64,000 nt of DNA from Flavobacteriales bacterium (GTDB lineage: Bacteria > Bacteroidota > Bacteroidia > UBA10329): positions 13,137 through 77,136 of the forward strand of contig JAIPBJ010000002.1 of NCBI GenBank assembly GCA_021739625.1, read 5' to 3'. Under the pieces are notes generated by a model. It was given only the letters and a program-made list of their open reading frames with translations. It was not told the DNA's origin and ran no database searches. Positions 9,042 through 20,517 of this stretch are shown one piece after another (position 1 is the stretch's first letter; every line of letters starts with the position of its first letter). The translations under genes were made by a program, and so were the position numbers.

Positions 9042-10106
9042 CTATCCCATTTTGAGCCGCGCCATTGGCACAGTATGTTGCCCGGCCAGATCACCTGCTG
9101 CGAGTTTGAACTGTGCTGCGATGCCGATCATGGCCGCGTTGTCGGTGCAATACTCTAAGGGCGGCACATGCGAAGTGCAACCAGACCTCTCGGCAAGTTC
9201 TGTGAATCGCCTACGGAGTTCTGAATTGGCCGAGACCCCGCCAGCCAGTGCGATGGCCTTCACTCCCGTTTCTGCAATGGCCTGTTCCAGCACGCTCAGC
9301 AGATAGGTCACCAAATGACGCTGGTAGGAGGCGCAGATGTCGGGCAGATTGGCCGGTACAAATCCGGGTGCTTCCCTTTCCAGTTTCTGGATCAGGTATA
9401 GGAAAGAGGTCTTCACTCCGCTGAAACTGTAATCCATTCCGCCCGCTTTGGGGGTGGCGAACTGGAAATGGTGCGGGTCACCCTGCTTCGCCAATCGGTC
9501 GATGGTGGGGCCTCCGGGATAGCCGAGACCGAGCACTTTGGCAGCCTTGTCAAAAGCCTCACCGGCAGCATCGTCAATGGTGCGGCCCAGCACGGTCATC
9601 ATACTGGGCGAATCGACCTTCACGATCTGCGTGTGTCCCCCGCTCACGGTGAGACACAGGAACGGGAAGATGGGCGGTGCCTGTTCTCCTTTGATGAAGT
9701 GTGCAAGGATGTGGGCGCGCATGTGATCGACCGCAATGAGCGGGATGTCGAGTCCGAGGGCCAATGACTTCGCAAAACTGGCACCCACCAGCAGACTGCC
9801 CAGGAGGCCCGGCCCCACGGTGAAGGCGATGGCATCGAGTTCCTCTTTGCGGATGCCCGCCATCTCCAAGGCCTGATGCACCACGGGCACAATGTGCTGC
9901 TGATGCGCCCTTGAGGCCAATTCTGGAACCACACCGCCATATTGCCGGTGTACCTCCTGCCCGGCCACGATGTTGGAAAGCACCCGGTCGCCCCGAAGCA
10001 CTGCTGCCGAGGTGTCATCGCACGAGGACTCGATGGCCAGAAGGAGCGTTGCGCCAAGCACGGCATCGTTATTGCCTAATTTTGCTGACAGCGCTGCATT
10101 TTCCAT
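9042..10106 (-). CDS. tsaD: tRNA N6-adenosine threonylcarbamoyltransferase TsaD (Kae1/Gcp family)
   Basis: LAIESSCDDTSAAVL N-terminal motif and HMRAHI, GGVSAN blocks. Start placed at the internal ATG (MENAALSAK...); the ORF track extends to 10127 through an alternative start. Confidence 0.9.
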   Translation of the reverse strand: MENAALSAKLGNNDAVLGATLLLAIESSCDDTSAAVLRGDRVLSNIVAGQEVHRQYGGVVPELASRAHQQHIVPVVHQALEMAGIRKEELDAIAFTVGPGLLGSLLVGASFAKSLALGLDIPLIAVDHMRAHILAHFIKGEQAPPIFPFLCLTVSGGHTQIVKVDSPSMMTVLGRTIDDAAGEAFDKAAKVLGLGYPGGPTIDRLAKQGDPHHFQFATPKAGGMDYSFSGVKTSFLYLIQKLEREAPGFVPANLPDICASYQRHLVTYLLSVLEQAIAETGVKAIALAGGVSANSELRRRFTELAERSGCTSHVPPLEYCTDNAAMIGIAAQFKLAAGDLAGQHTVPMARLKMG

Positions 10107-13100
10107 GAGAATTTTCAAAAGTATCAAAAAGGCGATGGCCTGGGCTGTGGCCTTGATGCTCCTGTGCGCGCTGTTGGGCTATGGCGGTTACCGCGCCATT
10201 CGCAGTGCGCGTGTTCAGACATATATCACGCAGTTCATTGCCACGCAGTTGAGCAAGAGTCTCGGTGCCAAGGTGGAGGTGGCTGGCGTTGACATCGGTT
10301 TCTTCAACCGCCTGATCATCGAAGGACTTTATGTGGAGGATCTGCATGGCGACACCCTCGGGTACATTCAGCGGCTGCACCTTGGGCTGCGTGGTTTCGA
10401 TATGGAAAAGCGGCAGGTGATGGTGGACCGCATCACACTCGATTCGGTCTTTTTCAATCTTCACCGCCATCAGGGCGACAGTGGACTCAACATCAAGTTC
10501 ATCACCGATTTCTTCGCAAGGCCCAAGGACACCACCGAGAAACCGGTTTGGGACCTCCGGTTCCGCGAGGTGAAGCTGGTGGGTGCGCATTTCCGCTATT
10601 ATGATGAGGACAAGGCGCTTGCAGTACGGGGAATGGACTATCGGCACTTGGATGTGAACGACATAGACCTCATCATCAAGAATGTGCGCATAGACAGTGA
10701 CACGATCTTCGGCCGCATTGACGGACTGTCGTGCAACGAGGCCAGTGGTTTTGTGCTCAGCCATCTGGCAGGCGATGTGAAGATCAGCCCGGTCGAACTG
10801 AAAGTGGAGGCCCTGCGTGTGAAGACCCCTGTGTCTGAAGTGGCAATGGACCTTCACTACACCTACGGCCGCTGGGGCCATTGGCTGAGTTTTGTGGACA
10901 GCGTGCGGATGGACTACGTGCTCGACAACTCGGTGGTAGGCATCTCGGACATTGCCCATTTTGCACCGGCCTTGTCGGGCATAGACAAGACCGTGCGCAT
11001 CTCCGGGCGGGTTGACGGCCCGGTAAGTGCCCTCAACGGGCGGGGCCTCAACATCTGGTATGGCAACAGCACCAATCTGCAGGGCGACATTGACATGGAC
11101 GGCCTGCCCAACATGGCCGAGACCTTCATGTATCTCAACCTCAAGCGGCTGGTGACCAACTATGCCGATCTGGTGACCATTCCCATTCCGCCTTTTGACA
11201 CGCGAAAGAGCCTGCCTATACCAGCCAATGTGGCCCAATTGGGAATAATGGACTTCAAAGGAAGTTTCACAGGGTTCATCACTGATTTCGTTGCATTCGG
11301 ACGCCTCAAGACCTCGATCGGTGAGCTGCGCACAGACCTTGCCCTGCGGCAGGACAATGGCAGCGGGATCGTGTCATACAGCGGAAAATTGGAAAGCATG
11401 GAGTTCCAACTCGGCAAGTTCATGGGAGTGGACAGCCTTGGCAGGGTGAGCCTCAACGCAAGTGTTGACGGCAAGGGAGTCACCATGCAGGACATCAATG
11501 CGAAATTGGTGGGAACCGTCAGTCTGGCAGAGTATAAGCGCTATGCCTATCGCAACATAGAGGTGAATGGGGTTTTCGTGAAGAATCTCTTTGAGGGTGA
11601 CTTCAGCATTGCCGAGGAGAACATCGCCATGCAGTTCGCTGGCAGTGTGGATCTCAAAGGCAGGCTGCCGGCATTCAATTTCCATGCGCACGTGGACCAC
11701 GTGAACCTGTATCGGCTTCATCTGATGCCGGACCGAGAGGATGCGTTGGTGGCGGCAGAGATCAAGGTCGATTTTATTGGCAATGACATTGACAACATCC
11801 TTGGCAACATAGAGGTCACTGACCTAGAATTCAGTCAAAAAGGTTCTCACAGGTACCGTGTGGAGAAGATATGGCTGCAGGCCGAGCAAACAGATCGGGG
11901 CAAGGCCATCAGGCTGCGGTCGGACGTCATGGACGCTGAGTTCGTGGGGCAGTTCGCGTTCCGAAATGTGCCCAAGGCGTTCAACAACATCCTATCAAAA
12001 CACCTGCCCAGCTATGCCTCTGGTTTCATCACGCTGGAAGCGGGCGAAGGCTTCGAATTCGATTTCAATGCGCAGGTCAAGAACACCGCGCTGATCTCTT
12101 TTCTTGTGATCCCGAAACTCAAGATCGGTGAGCATTCCACCTTTGAGGGCAACTATTCCTCATCGCGCAACGAGGTGCGTTTTGAAGGAGTGATGCCCCA
12201 GTTCAGTTACGATTCCATCCAGTTCAACGGGGTGCGCATCAAGGCCGGGAATCCTGACAGGGAGTTCGATATCAGTGTAACGGCCGATGACATCCATTTC
12301 TCCGACAGCCTGTATATCGCCAGTCTGGAGATTCACACCAACACTTTCAACGACAGTCTCGGCCTTGCCATCGTCTGGGACAATGGGTCCAAACTCAACA
12401 ACAGTGCTGACATCAAAGGGGTGGCGTCATTTCCGCGCAATGCGCAGGTGAATTTCCATCTGCTCCCATCGCGCATCACCGTTGCCGACATGAGTTGGCA
12501 TGTGGTGGAGAACAACCGGCTTACCATTGACAGCACCACGCTGCATTTCAGTGATTTCTCATTCCGGAATGCTGCACAGTCGATAGGGCTGGACGGATTC
12601 ATCTCCAAGGACCCCGAAAAAACGTTGAACGTGTCGCTCGGGGCATTCGACCTGACCAATCTGAGCCTGCTGACCAAGAAGGCCGGGCTCAAGGTGAGCG
12701 GCCGGGTGAGTGGCGAGGCGAAGCTTTCAGACCTCTACAGGCAGGTGCTTGTAACCAACCGCCTGATGGTCGATTCGCTTCAGGTGAATGAGGTGATGAT
12801 AGGGTCGGGCAGGGTGGACAACATCTGGCTGCCCAAGGAGCGGGCCGTGGAGGTGATGGCCAATCTTGTGCGCAAGGACGGTACAGGACTCAAGATCACC
12901 GGACAGTTCCTGCCGGGGGCCGACCGTCCCCGCAATTTCGACCTGGTGCTGCAGGCCGATAACCTGCCGGTGGCCCTTGCAGGGCCTTATGTGAAAAAGG
13001 TGCTCAGCAACCTCAAAGGGTCGGCCATGGCGTTCCTTACCCTGCGCGGAACCCTGCGCGCACCCGAACTTGAGGGCTATGTCGATTTCGATGAGGTGAC

Positions 13101-14622
13101 CATGCTGTTCGATTATCTCAACACTTCCTTCAAACTCAATGACAGGGTGCTGGTGAAAAAGGACGGGTTCTATATGAAGGACCTCAAGGTGCAGGACGAG
13201 CGTGGCAAACCGGGAACCATCAACGGGTGGATCAAACATGAAGGCTTCAAGAATTTCCGGTTCGATGCCTCCATGGAAATGGAGAATTTTCAGGCCCTCA
13301 ACACCACTTCGGCCCTCAATCCGCTGTACTATGGCAAGGCATTCGGCACGGGCGTGGCCCGATTCTCGGGTGTGCCGGGCAACATGAACCTCGACCTGTC
13401 GATGCGCACGGACCGGGGATCGCGGTTCTTCATTCCGCTGTTCGGGGCCAAAAGTGTGCGCGAGACCAACTTCATCTCATTTGTCAAGCCGCTGGGAACC
13501 GTGGAAGAGGAGGACGCCCTGACCCAGTTTCAGGTCGATTTTGCCAATCTCACCATGAACCTGGACATTCAGGTGACCCCGGATGCCGAGGTGCAGCTCA
13601 TTTTCGACCCAACGGTGGGCGACATCATCCGTGGCAGCGGTCGGGGCGACATCAGGCTGGCGCTGAACCGGGCAGGCGAATTCAAGATGTTCGGTGAGTT
13701 CATCATCTCCAAAGGCGATTATCTCTTCACCCTACAGAACGTCATCAACAAGCGGTTCTCTGTGAAACCGGGAGGAACAGTCAACTGGAGCGGCAGTCCA
13801 TACAACGCGCAGGTCAATCTGCAGGCGGTTTACGGTCTGCGTGCAACACTGGCCGAACTCATGTATCCCGACACGTTGGAGATTTACAAAAGGAGGATTC
13901 AGGTGGAGTGTGTGCTCAACATGGCCAACAACCTTCTGAGTCCCGATATATCATTCGATATCAACCTGCCCAATGCCGACCAGAGCGTGAGGACAGATGT
14001 CATCAACCGCATTGGGGTGGGCAACGATCAGGAGATGAACCGGCAGGTGTTCGGACTCTTGCTGCTTAACAAGTTCCTGGCCAAGGAAGATCAGAACTTC
14101 GGCAACGAGACGGGCGGTTTCTTCTCTGCCAACTCTGCCGAACTCCTCAGCAATCAGCTCAGCAACTGGCTCTCGCGCATCAGCAGCGATGTGGATGTGG
14201 GCCTCAATTATCGCCCGGGCAGCGACATTGCAGGTGACGAGGTGGAGGTGGCGCTGAGCACCCAGCTTTTCAACAACCGCATCGTGATCGATGGCAACGT
14301 GGGCGTGGCCAACAGCCGCAACCCGCAGCAGGGCCAATCGAGCAGCAACATCGTGGGCGATGTGAACATCGAATACAAGATCACTGCTGACGGCCAATTG
14401 CGCGTGCGTGCCTTCAACCGCAGCAACGATGTGTCGGCCAATGCGCTGGGCAACAACAACGCCCCTTTCACGCAGGGCGTGGGGCTCAGTTTCCGTAAGG
14501 AGTTCGACAACTGGGGCGACCTGTTCAGACGTAAGAAGCCGAAGAATTCCGCTGCCGTTCTGCAACCAAGGGTGGTAGTGCCATTGCCCGAGGATACGGA
14601 CTCGGAGCAGTTGGGCGACTGA
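10105..14622 (+). CDS. TamB/AsmA-like translocation and assembly module protein (DUF490 C-terminus), about 1500 aa
   Basis: Giant ORF. Start chosen at MRIFKSIKKAMAWAVALMLLCALLGY (N-terminal TM anchor). The long beta-rich periplasmic body and C-terminal region are typical of TamB homologues in Bacteroidota. The start is uncertain; the next in-frame ATG is at 10138. Confidence 0.8.
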   Translation: MRIFKSIKKAMAWAVALMLLCALLGYGGYRAIRSARVQTYITQFIATQLSKSLGAKVEVAGVDIGFFNRLIIEGLYVEDLHGDTLGYIQRLHLGLRGFDMEKRQVMVDRITLDSVFFNLHRHQGDSGLNIKFITDFFARPKDTTEKPVWDLRFREVKLVGAHFRYYDEDKALAVRGMDYRHLDVNDIDLIIKNVRIDSDTIFGRIDGLSCNEASGFVLSHLAGDVKISPVELKVEALRVKTPVSEVAMDLHYTYGRWGHWLSFVDSVRMDYVLDNSVVGISDIAHFAPALSGIDKTVRISGRVDGPVSALNGRGLNIWYGNSTNLQGDIDMDGLPNMAETFMYLNLKRLVTNYADLVTIPIPPFDTRKSLPIPANVAQLGIMDFKGSFTGFITDFVAFGRLKTSIGELRTDLALRQDNGSGIVSYSGKLESMEFQLGKFMGVDSLGRVSLNASVDGKGVTMQDINAKLVGTVSLAEYKRYAYRNIEVNGVFVKNLFEGDFSIAEENIAMQFAGSVDLKGRLPAFNFHAHVDHVNLYRLHLMPDREDALVAAEIKVDFIGNDIDNILGNIEVTDLEFSQKGSHRYRVEKIWLQAEQTDRGKAIRLRSDVMDAEFVGQFAFRNVPKAFNNILSKHLPSYASGFITLEAGEGFEFDFNAQVKNTALISFLVIPKLKIGEHSTFEGNYSSSRNEVRFEGVMPQFSYDSIQFNGVRIKAGNPDREFDISVTADDIHFSDSLYIASLEIHTNTFNDSLGLAIVWDNGSKLNNSADIKGVASFPRNAQVNFHLLPSRITVADMSWHVVENNRLTIDSTTLHFSDFSFRNAAQSIGLDGFISKDPEKTLNVSLGAFDLTNLSLLTKKAGLKVSGRVSGEAKLSDLYRQVLVTNRLMVDSLQVNEVMIGSGRVDNIWLPKERAVEVMANLVRKDGTGLKITGQFLPGADRPRNFDLVLQADNLPVALAGPYVKKVLSNLKGSAMAFLTLRGTLRAPELEGYVDFDEVTMLFDYLNTSFKLNDRVLVKKDGFYMKDLKVQDERGKPGTINGWIKHEGFKNFRFDASMEMENFQALNTTSALNPLYYGKAFGTGVARFSGVPGNMNLDLSMRTDRGSRFFIPLFGAKSVRETNFISFVKPLGTVEEEDALTQFQVDFANLTMNLDIQVTPDAEVQLIFDPTVGDIIRGSGRGDIRLALNRAGEFKMFGEFIISKGDYLFTLQNVINKRFSVKPGGTVNWSGSPYNAQVNLQAVYGLRATLAELMYPDTLEIYKRRIQVECVLNMANNLLSPDISFDINLPNADQSVRTDVINRIGVGNDQEMNRQVFGLLLLNKFLAKEDQNFGNETGGFFSANSAELLSNQLSNWLSRISSDVDVGLNYRPGSDIAGDEVEVALSTQLFNNRIVIDGNVGVANSRNPQQGQSSSNIVGDVNIEYKITADGQLRVRAFNRSNDVSANALGNNNAPFTQGVGLSFRKEFDNWGDLFRRKKPKNSAAVLQPRVVVPLPEDTDSEQLGD

Positions 14623-14650
14623 ACACCCCAATCGGCCCATCATACCGCAC

Positions 14651-15811
14651 ATGAAGAATTCGGGAGGAATGTTCAGACTGACCGTGCCCTTGCTGGTGGC
14701 TGCCGCCCTCATTGTGGCCGCTGCCCTGACCGACCGTGCCACAGGCCGTTATCTGATGCCTGACCGTGCCGACCTCGTCTTTCCCGCCTACAGCCGGGCG
14801 CATCACCAGAGCAACGAGTTCGACCTCACAGTGCGCATCAACAACCTCGGTTTCCGAGGGCCCGATGTCTCCATTGCGAAGAAGAGAAAGCGTATCCTGC
14901 TGCTTGGCGATTCCTTCACCTTCGGATGGGGCGTGGAAGAACATGAGACATGGGCCCAATTGCTGCAGATGGAGTTTCCCGACTGGGAGATATTGAATCT
15001 GGGCCGGGGAGGGACCCATCCGGGCGACCACGTGCAATTGGCCCGCAAGGCCATTCCATTGCTCAGGCCCGATCTGGTGATAGTGGGCGTGCTGCAGGCC
15101 AACGACCTTCATCAGCTCATGCGCATCATCGCGTATGAGCGGGGCCAACGGCAGCCGATGTTCCCAGAGGCCGGGGGCGATGCAGAGGGGCCGACCGCCT
15201 TGCACCGGTTCACCACAAGGCTTTTCCCGAATCTCATGCATTTCCGTGGGGCACGGGTCGAAATCCGTGACCGTTGGTTGCGCGAGGCAGAACTGCTGCT
15301 CACCACCTTCTCGGCCGAGGATTCGGCCCGCTATGTCGGACTGGAGCAGCAGAACAGGGATGCCTTTGAGAAGGGACTGCTCAATCCTTCGCTGGTATTC
15401 GAGGCCGTGTATTTTCCCGATGCCCACCGTGCGGCCGCAGACACTGCCAGGCCGCTGCTGCGCGATGCGATGGTGCGCCTGCACGATTATCTGGTGGAGA
15501 TGCGCCAACTGTGTGCCGCCCACGGCACCGCACTGCTGGCCGTGGGCCTGCCCAACAGGCCCTACGGTTGCCCGGACTGCGTGCCGGATCTGGTCGGTCT
15601 CGGATATGCGGCCCAGGGCTGCGACACGCTGAATGCCGACCTTCCCTTCATCAGCGCAGCACAGCGTGCAGGTGTGAACTATTTCACTGTGCCTGCGCAA
15701 CAGATCCCGGGCCGGGCCGACTATTATCCGATGGACGGCCATTGGAACCCATCGGGCCACCGGAAGTTCGCCCGGTCGCTCGCGTCACACCTGAGTACGG
15801 TGCTGCTTTGA
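14651..15811 (+). CDS. SGNH/GDSL hydrolase family protein (DUF1574/AlgX-like)
   Basis: 386 aa with an N-terminal TM/signal anchor and an SGNH block I (ILLLGDSFTFGWGV). Confidence 0.7.
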   Translation: MKNSGGMFRLTVPLLVAAALIVAAALTDRATGRYLMPDRADLVFPAYSRAHHQSNEFDLTVRINNLGFRGPDVSIAKKRKRILLLGDSFTFGWGVEEHETWAQLLQMEFPDWEILNLGRGGTHPGDHVQLARKAIPLLRPDLVIVGVLQANDLHQLMRIIAYERGQRQPMFPEAGGDAEGPTALHRFTTRLFPNLMHFRGARVEIRDRWLREAELLLTTFSAEDSARYVGLEQQNRDAFEKGLLNPSLVFEAVYFPDAHRAAADTARPLLRDAMVRLHDYLVEMRQLCAAHGTALLAVGLPNRPYGCPDCVPDLVGLGYAAQGCDTLNADLPFISAAQRAGVNYFTVPAQQIPGRADYYPMDGHWNPSGHRKFARSLASHLSTVLL

Positions 15812-15867
15812 CACAGGCACGCTCAATGAAAACTGTGTCTCTACTCTGAACGCACTGACCGAAAGTC

Positions 15868-18378
15868 TCAACTCCCGCAGGCCTCGCAGCCTTCCGGATT
15901 GTCGAGCGAGCAGGTGATCTGCGCCTGCGCATCTTCCAACGACACCGGCATCACGGGCTGCTGACCATAGACCGTGCGCGGCTCTGCGAGCACCATGGCC
16001 GGGACTGCCGGCACACCGTAGGTCACTGGCTGCACCACGGTCTCCGTGGTAGGGGCCTTGGAAAGCGATGCCTGATCCACCGTGAACTTGATCGCCTCGC
16101 TGGCCGCCTGTGTGCGCAGGTAGTACATGCCCGTCTTCAGCCCCTTCTTCCAAGCATAGAAGTGCATGGACGTGATCTTGCCGAAGTTCGGGTTCTGCAT
16201 GAACAGGTTGAGGCTCTGGCTCTGGTCGATGTAGGCACCGCGGTCGGCCGCCATGTCGATGATGTCCTTCATCTTCAGCTCCCACACCGTGCGATAGAGC
16301 ATGCGGATGTTCTCCGGTATCTCCGTGATGTTCTGCACCGAGCCGTTGGCCGCGATGAGCTTGTTCTTCATGTTGTCGTTCCACAGGCCCAGTTGCACGA
16401 GGTCTTTCAGCAGGTGCTTGTTCACCACCACGAACTCGCCCGACAGCACCCTGCGGGTGTAGATGTTGCTGTGGTAAGGCTCGAAACACTCGTTGTTGCC
16501 CATGATCTGCGAGGTGCTGGCCGTGGGCATCGGTGCCACCAGCAGCGAGTTGCGCACACCATACTTGGCCACCTCCTCTTTCAGCACGTCCCATTCCCAG
16601 CGGTCGGTAGGGGTAACGCCCCACATGTCATACTGGAAGACGCCCTTGCTCACAGGTGAACCGGGGTAGCTCTCATACGGCCCGAACTCCTTCGCCTGAT
16701 CCTTAGAGCAGGTCATGGCCGCATAATAGATGGTCTCGAAGATGTCGCGGTTCAGCGCTTTCGCCTCCTCAGAGTCGAATGGCAGGCGCAGCTTGATGAA
16801 AGCATCCGCAAGGCCCTGCACACCGAGGCCCACTGGGCGGTGACGCATGTTGCTGTTGCGCGCCTCCGGTATCGGGTAATAGTTGCGGTCGATCACCTTG
16901 TTCAGATTGCGCGTGGCCACGTAGGTGATCTCGAACAGCTTCTGATGGTCGAACGTCCCCTCATCGGTCACGAACTTGGGCAGGGCGATGCTTGCGAGGT
17001 TGCAGACGGCCACCTCATCGGGCGCGGTGTACTCCACGATTTCGGTGCAGAGGTTGCTGCTCTTGATGGTGCCGAGGTTCTGCTGGTTCGACTTGCGGTT
17101 GCACGCGTCCTTGTAAAGGATGTAAGGTGTTCCGGTCTCGATCTGCGACTCGATGATGGTGAACCACAGCTCCTGCGCCTTCACCGTCTTGCGGGCGCGG
17201 CCCTCCTTCTCATAGCGCTCATACAGCGCCTCGAACTCCTCGCTGTGGCAATCGCTCAATCCGGGAGCCTCATGCGGGCAGAACAGCGACCACTCGGCAT
17301 TGTCCTCCACGCGCTTCATGAAAAGGTCCGGCACCCACAGGGCATAGAACAGGTCGCGGGCACGCTGCTCCTCCTTGCCGTGGTTCTTCTTCAGGTCGAG
17401 GAAATCGTTGATGTCCGCGTGCCATGGCTCCATATAGATGGCGAAGGAACCCTTGCGCTTGCCCCCGCCCTGATCCACGTAGCGGGCCGTGTCGTTGAAC
17501 ACACGCAGCATGGGCACGATGCCGTTGCTGCTGCCATTGGTGCCCTTGATGTAGGATCCCGTGGCACGCACATTATGGATGCTGAGACCGATGCCGCCCG
17601 CACTCTGACTGATCTTGGCGGTCTGCTTCAACGTGTTGTAGATGCCGTCAATGCTGTCGTCCTGCATCTGTAGCAGGAAGCAACTGCTCATCTGCGGCTT
17701 GGGCGTGCCCGCGTTGAAAAGGGTCGGGGTGGCATGGGTGAACCACCGCTCCGAAAGCAGGTCGTAGGTCTCGATGGCCGACCTGATGTCCTCCTTGTGG
17801 ATGCCCACCGCCACGCGCATCAGCATGTGCTGCGGACGCTCCGCGATCTTGCCGTCTATCTTGAGCAGATAACTTCTCTCAAGGGTCTTGAATCCGAAAT
17901 AGTCATAACCGAAATCGCGGTCATAGATGATGGTGCTGTCCAGCAGTTCCGCATTGTCCATGATGATCTTGTGCACATCGTCCGCGATCATCGAACCGTT
18001 CTCGCCCGTCTTGGGGTCGATATACTCATAGAGTGCGGTCATTGTCTGCGAGAACGACTTGACAGTGCTCTTGTGCAGGTTGCTCACCGCGATGCGGCTG
18101 GCCAGCAGGGCATAGTCGGGGTGGCGCACGGTGAACGATGCAGCGGTCTCGGCCGCGAGCTCGTCCAACTGCTGCGTGGTCACACCCTGATAGATGCCCT
18201 CGATCACCTTCTTGGCAACGGGAATGGGATCCACGAGCGGGTCGAGGCCGTAGCACAGCTTCTGGATGCGCGCTGTCACCTTGTCGAACTTGATGGATTC
18301 TTGGCGGCCGTCTCTTTTCAGTACGAACATGGTTGGGAGGTTTTGGGGGTGGGTTTCAATGGAATAATCAATATGCAC
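15868..18378 (-). CDS. nrdA: ribonucleoside-diphosphate reductase alpha subunit (class Ia)
   Basis: 836 aa with an N-terminal ATP-cone ([23 protein letters not shown]), catalytic-core motifs and a C-terminal Cys pair. Confidence 0.95.
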   Translation of the reverse strand: MHIDYSIETHPQNLPTMFVLKRDGRQESIKFDKVTARIQKLCYGLDPLVDPIPVAKKVIEGIYQGVTTQQLDELAAETAASFTVRHPDYALLASRIAVSNLHKSTVKSFSQTMTALYEYIDPKTGENGSMIADDVHKIIMDNAELLDSTIIYDRDFGYDYFGFKTLERSYLLKIDGKIAERPQHMLMRVAVGIHKEDIRSAIETYDLLSERWFTHATPTLFNAGTPKPQMSSCFLLQMQDDSIDGIYNTLKQTAKISQSAGGIGLSIHNVRATGSYIKGTNGSSNGIVPMLRVFNDTARYVDQGGGKRKGSFAIYMEPWHADINDFLDLKKNHGKEEQRARDLFYALWVPDLFMKRVEDNAEWSLFCPHEAPGLSDCHSEEFEALYERYEKEGRARKTVKAQELWFTIIESQIETGTPYILYKDACNRKSNQQNLGTIKSSNLCTEIVEYTAPDEVAVCNLASIALPKFVTDEGTFDHQKLFEITYVATRNLNKVIDRNYYPIPEARNSNMRHRPVGLGVQGLADAFIKLRLPFDSEEAKALNRDIFETIYYAAMTCSKDQAKEFGPYESYPGSPVSKGVFQYDMWGVTPTDRWEWDVLKEEVAKYGVRNSLLVAPMPTASTSQIMGNNECFEPYHSNIYTRRVLSGEFVVVNKHLLKDLVQLGLWNDNMKNKLIAANGSVQNITEIPENIRMLYRTVWELKMKDIIDMAADRGAYIDQSQSLNLFMQNPNFGKITSMHFYAWKKGLKTGMYYLRTQAASEAIKFTVDQASLSKAPTTETVVQPVTYGVPAVPAMVLAEPRTVYGQQPVMPVSLEDAQAQITCSLDNPEGCEACGS

Positions 18379-18394
18379 TCATCAATCAACAATC

Positions 18395-19432
18395 TCAGAA
18401 GTCCTCATCAACAGTGAAACCGCGCTTGTCGGTGCCCTGATCCATCACGCCCGCCTTCTGATACTCGGCCACGCGCTTCTCGAAGAAGTTGGTCTTGCCC
18501 TGCAGCGAGATCATCTCCATGAATTCGAAAGGATTGGTGGCGTTGTAGGCCTTCCTGCATCCGAGCGACTGCAACAGGCGGTCGGCCACGAACTCGATGT
18601 AGGTGCACATGGTGGTGGCATTCATCCCGATCAGGGCCACGGGGATGGCATCGGTCACGAACTCCTTCTCATACTCCACCGCTTCCATGATGATCTGGCG
18701 CACCTCGTCCTCGGGCAGCTTGTTCACGAGGTTGTTGTAGAGCAGGCAGGCGAAGTCGCAATGCAGACCCTCGTCACGGCTGATGAGCTCGTTGCTGAAC
18801 GCGAGGCCCGGCATCAGTCCGCGCTTCTTGAGCCAGAAGATGGAGCAGAAGCTGCCGCTGAAGAAGATGCCCTCCACCGCTGCGAACGCGATGAGCCTCT
18901 GTGCGAAGGACCCTTTCTCGATCCAGCGCAGTGCCCAGTCGGCCTTCTTGGCCACACAGGGAAGGTTCTCCACCGCGTGGAAGAGGAAATCCTTCTCGCG
19001 GTTGTCCTTTATATAGGTGTCGATGAGCAGTGAGTAGGTCTCGGCATGGATGTTCTCCATCATCACCTGAAAACCATAGAAGCAGCGGGCCTCGGGATAC
19101 TGCACCTCGTTGAGGAAGTTGATGGCGAGGTTCTCGTTCACTATGCCGTCACTTGCGGCAAAGAATGCCAACACGTGCTTGATGAAATGCCGCTCGTTGT
19201 CGTTCAGCTTGTATTCCCAATCGTGGAGGTCCTGCCCCAGGTCGATCTCATCGGCAGTCCAGAAACTGGCCATCTCCTGCTTGTACATCTTCCATATCTG
19301 ATGGTGCTTTATGGGGAAGAGCACAAAGCGGTCGCTGTTCTCCACAAGTATCGGTTCCACTGGCAGCGAGGTGTTCCTTGGCAACACGTTTGCCAGTGTC
19401 TGTCGGGTCTGAAGTTGGGGGCTGTTCTCCAT
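18395..19432 (-). CDS. nrdB: ribonucleoside-diphosphate reductase beta subunit
   Basis: 345 aa with di-iron ligand motifs ([18 protein letters not shown]..., radical-site Tyr region) and a C-terminal acidic tail. Lies directly upstream of nrdA on the same strand. Confidence 0.95.
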   Translation of the reverse strand: MENSPQLQTRQTLANVLPRNTSLPVEPILVENSDRFVLFPIKHHQIWKMYKQEMASFWTADEIDLGQDLHDWEYKLNDNERHFIKHVLAFFAASDGIVNENLAINFLNEVQYPEARCFYGFQVMMENIHAETYSLLIDTYIKDNREKDFLFHAVENLPCVAKKADWALRWIEKGSFAQRLIAFAAVEGIFFSGSFCSIFWLKKRGLMPGLAFSNELISRDEGLHCDFACLLYNNLVNKLPEDEVRQIIMEAVEYEKEFVTDAIPVALIGMNATTMCTYIEFVADRLLQSLGCRKAYNATNPFEFMEMISLQGKTNFFEKRVAEYQKAGVMDQGTDKRGFTVDEDF

Positions 19433-19902
19433 TGAATGTTGCTATTTATTGCTGATGACCAACTGCTTATGATTTTCAAAAAGGCGGAAAAAGTCTCCCC
19501 TTCGGATGCCTTTGCATTCGAAAAACAATCGATTTCCGTTAAAACTTTGGATTCGAGCCGCTTGAAGAACTGTCAAGCGCTACATCTTCCACAGCCCAAA
19601 TTTGAGCATCTGGCACGGACTGAACAACCCTAAAGAATTAACAATCGGGGTCAGTTTTTAACATGGGGCCACCTGACGGCCCGTTAATAAAAAGTAGGAA
19701 CCGTTGAGATGCCCGTCAGTGCTGAGTCCAGCGCATCGGTAAAGGCCGATTTCACCGGTCCCGAACTGCTGAAGTTACCGAAGTGCGGATCGGACCGACC
19801 ATCCTTCCACGGGTGCATAATGGGGGTCGGAACAGTTCATCTCCACTAAACCCTGTTCGGTCGATCGGATCGGGATATTGAACCTGTTGCCCGAGTCTTA
19901 TG

Positions 19903-20481
19903 TCAGCCGTTCTGCCTGCGCAGCTCCCTGTCCACGGCCTCCAGCTCATCGAACCACTCCTGCCCGAACCTGCGGATGAGGGCCTCCTTCACGAAACGGA
20001 ACAGCGGCACCCGGTGCTTGTCGCCACACACGCGTGCGGCCTTGCAGATGTCCCACCTATCGTAGTTCACCGCTTCGAAACCCACATAGTCCTTCACACG
20101 GATGGGATAGAGGTGACACGACACGGGCTTCTTCCAATCGACCTTCCCATCCTTGTGCGCCCGCTCGATGGTGCAGCTCACCATGCCCCATCGGTCGATG
20201 GTGGCAAAGGCGCAGCGGCCATCGGGAATGAGGGTGGTGCCTATGTCGCCATCGCTGTCCACCTCAGATACGCCCTTGTCGGTCACCGCCTTCCTTCCGG
20301 CCTCGTCCATGTAAGGAAGCACCTCAGGAAGTATCCTGTTGAGGATGTCCACCTCCTCGGCAAGCAGCGGTGCGCCCGAATCGCCCTTCACACAGCAGGC
20401 GCCCTTGCAGGCCCCGAGGTCGCATACGAAATGTTTGTCGAGGAGGTCTTCCGAGACCAGGGTGTCCTTGATGGCGAGCAT
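19903..20481 (-). CDS. Cys-rich hypothetical protein (DUF3109-like)
   Basis: 192 aa with conserved cysteine clusters (CDLGACKGACC...GRCAF...SCHLYP) typical of a widespread uncharacterised Bacteroidota family. Family assignment is from memory. Confidence 0.6.
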   Translation of the reverse strand: MLAIKDTLVSEDLLDKHFVCDLGACKGACCVKGDSGAPLLAEEVDILNRILPEVLPYMDEAGRKAVTDKGVSEVDSDGDIGTTLIPDGRCAFATIDRWGMVSCTIERAHKDGKVDWKKPVSCHLYPIRVKDYVGFEAVNYDRWDICKAARVCGDKHRVPLFRFVKEALIRRFGQEWFDELEAVDRELRRQNG

Positions 20482-20517
20482 GGGGCAAAGGTAGCTTTGC
20501 GCGCAAGGGAATTGGGA

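Noticed and set aside
10069-11238. Long antisense ORFs inside large genes (also 12727..13239, 15785..16624, 24364..25569, 26666..27508, 33839..34516, 34751..35833, 45457..46605, 60966..62063)
   Set aside because: They are typical stop-poor antisense frames of high-GC coding DNA. They lack start context and domain-like sequence, and each overlaps a confidently identified gene.
19436-19949. Small ORFs (65 aa each) in the nrdB leader
   Set aside because: They show no start context or protein-like composition, and one overlaps the DUF3109-like gene end. The region is treated as non-coding leader.
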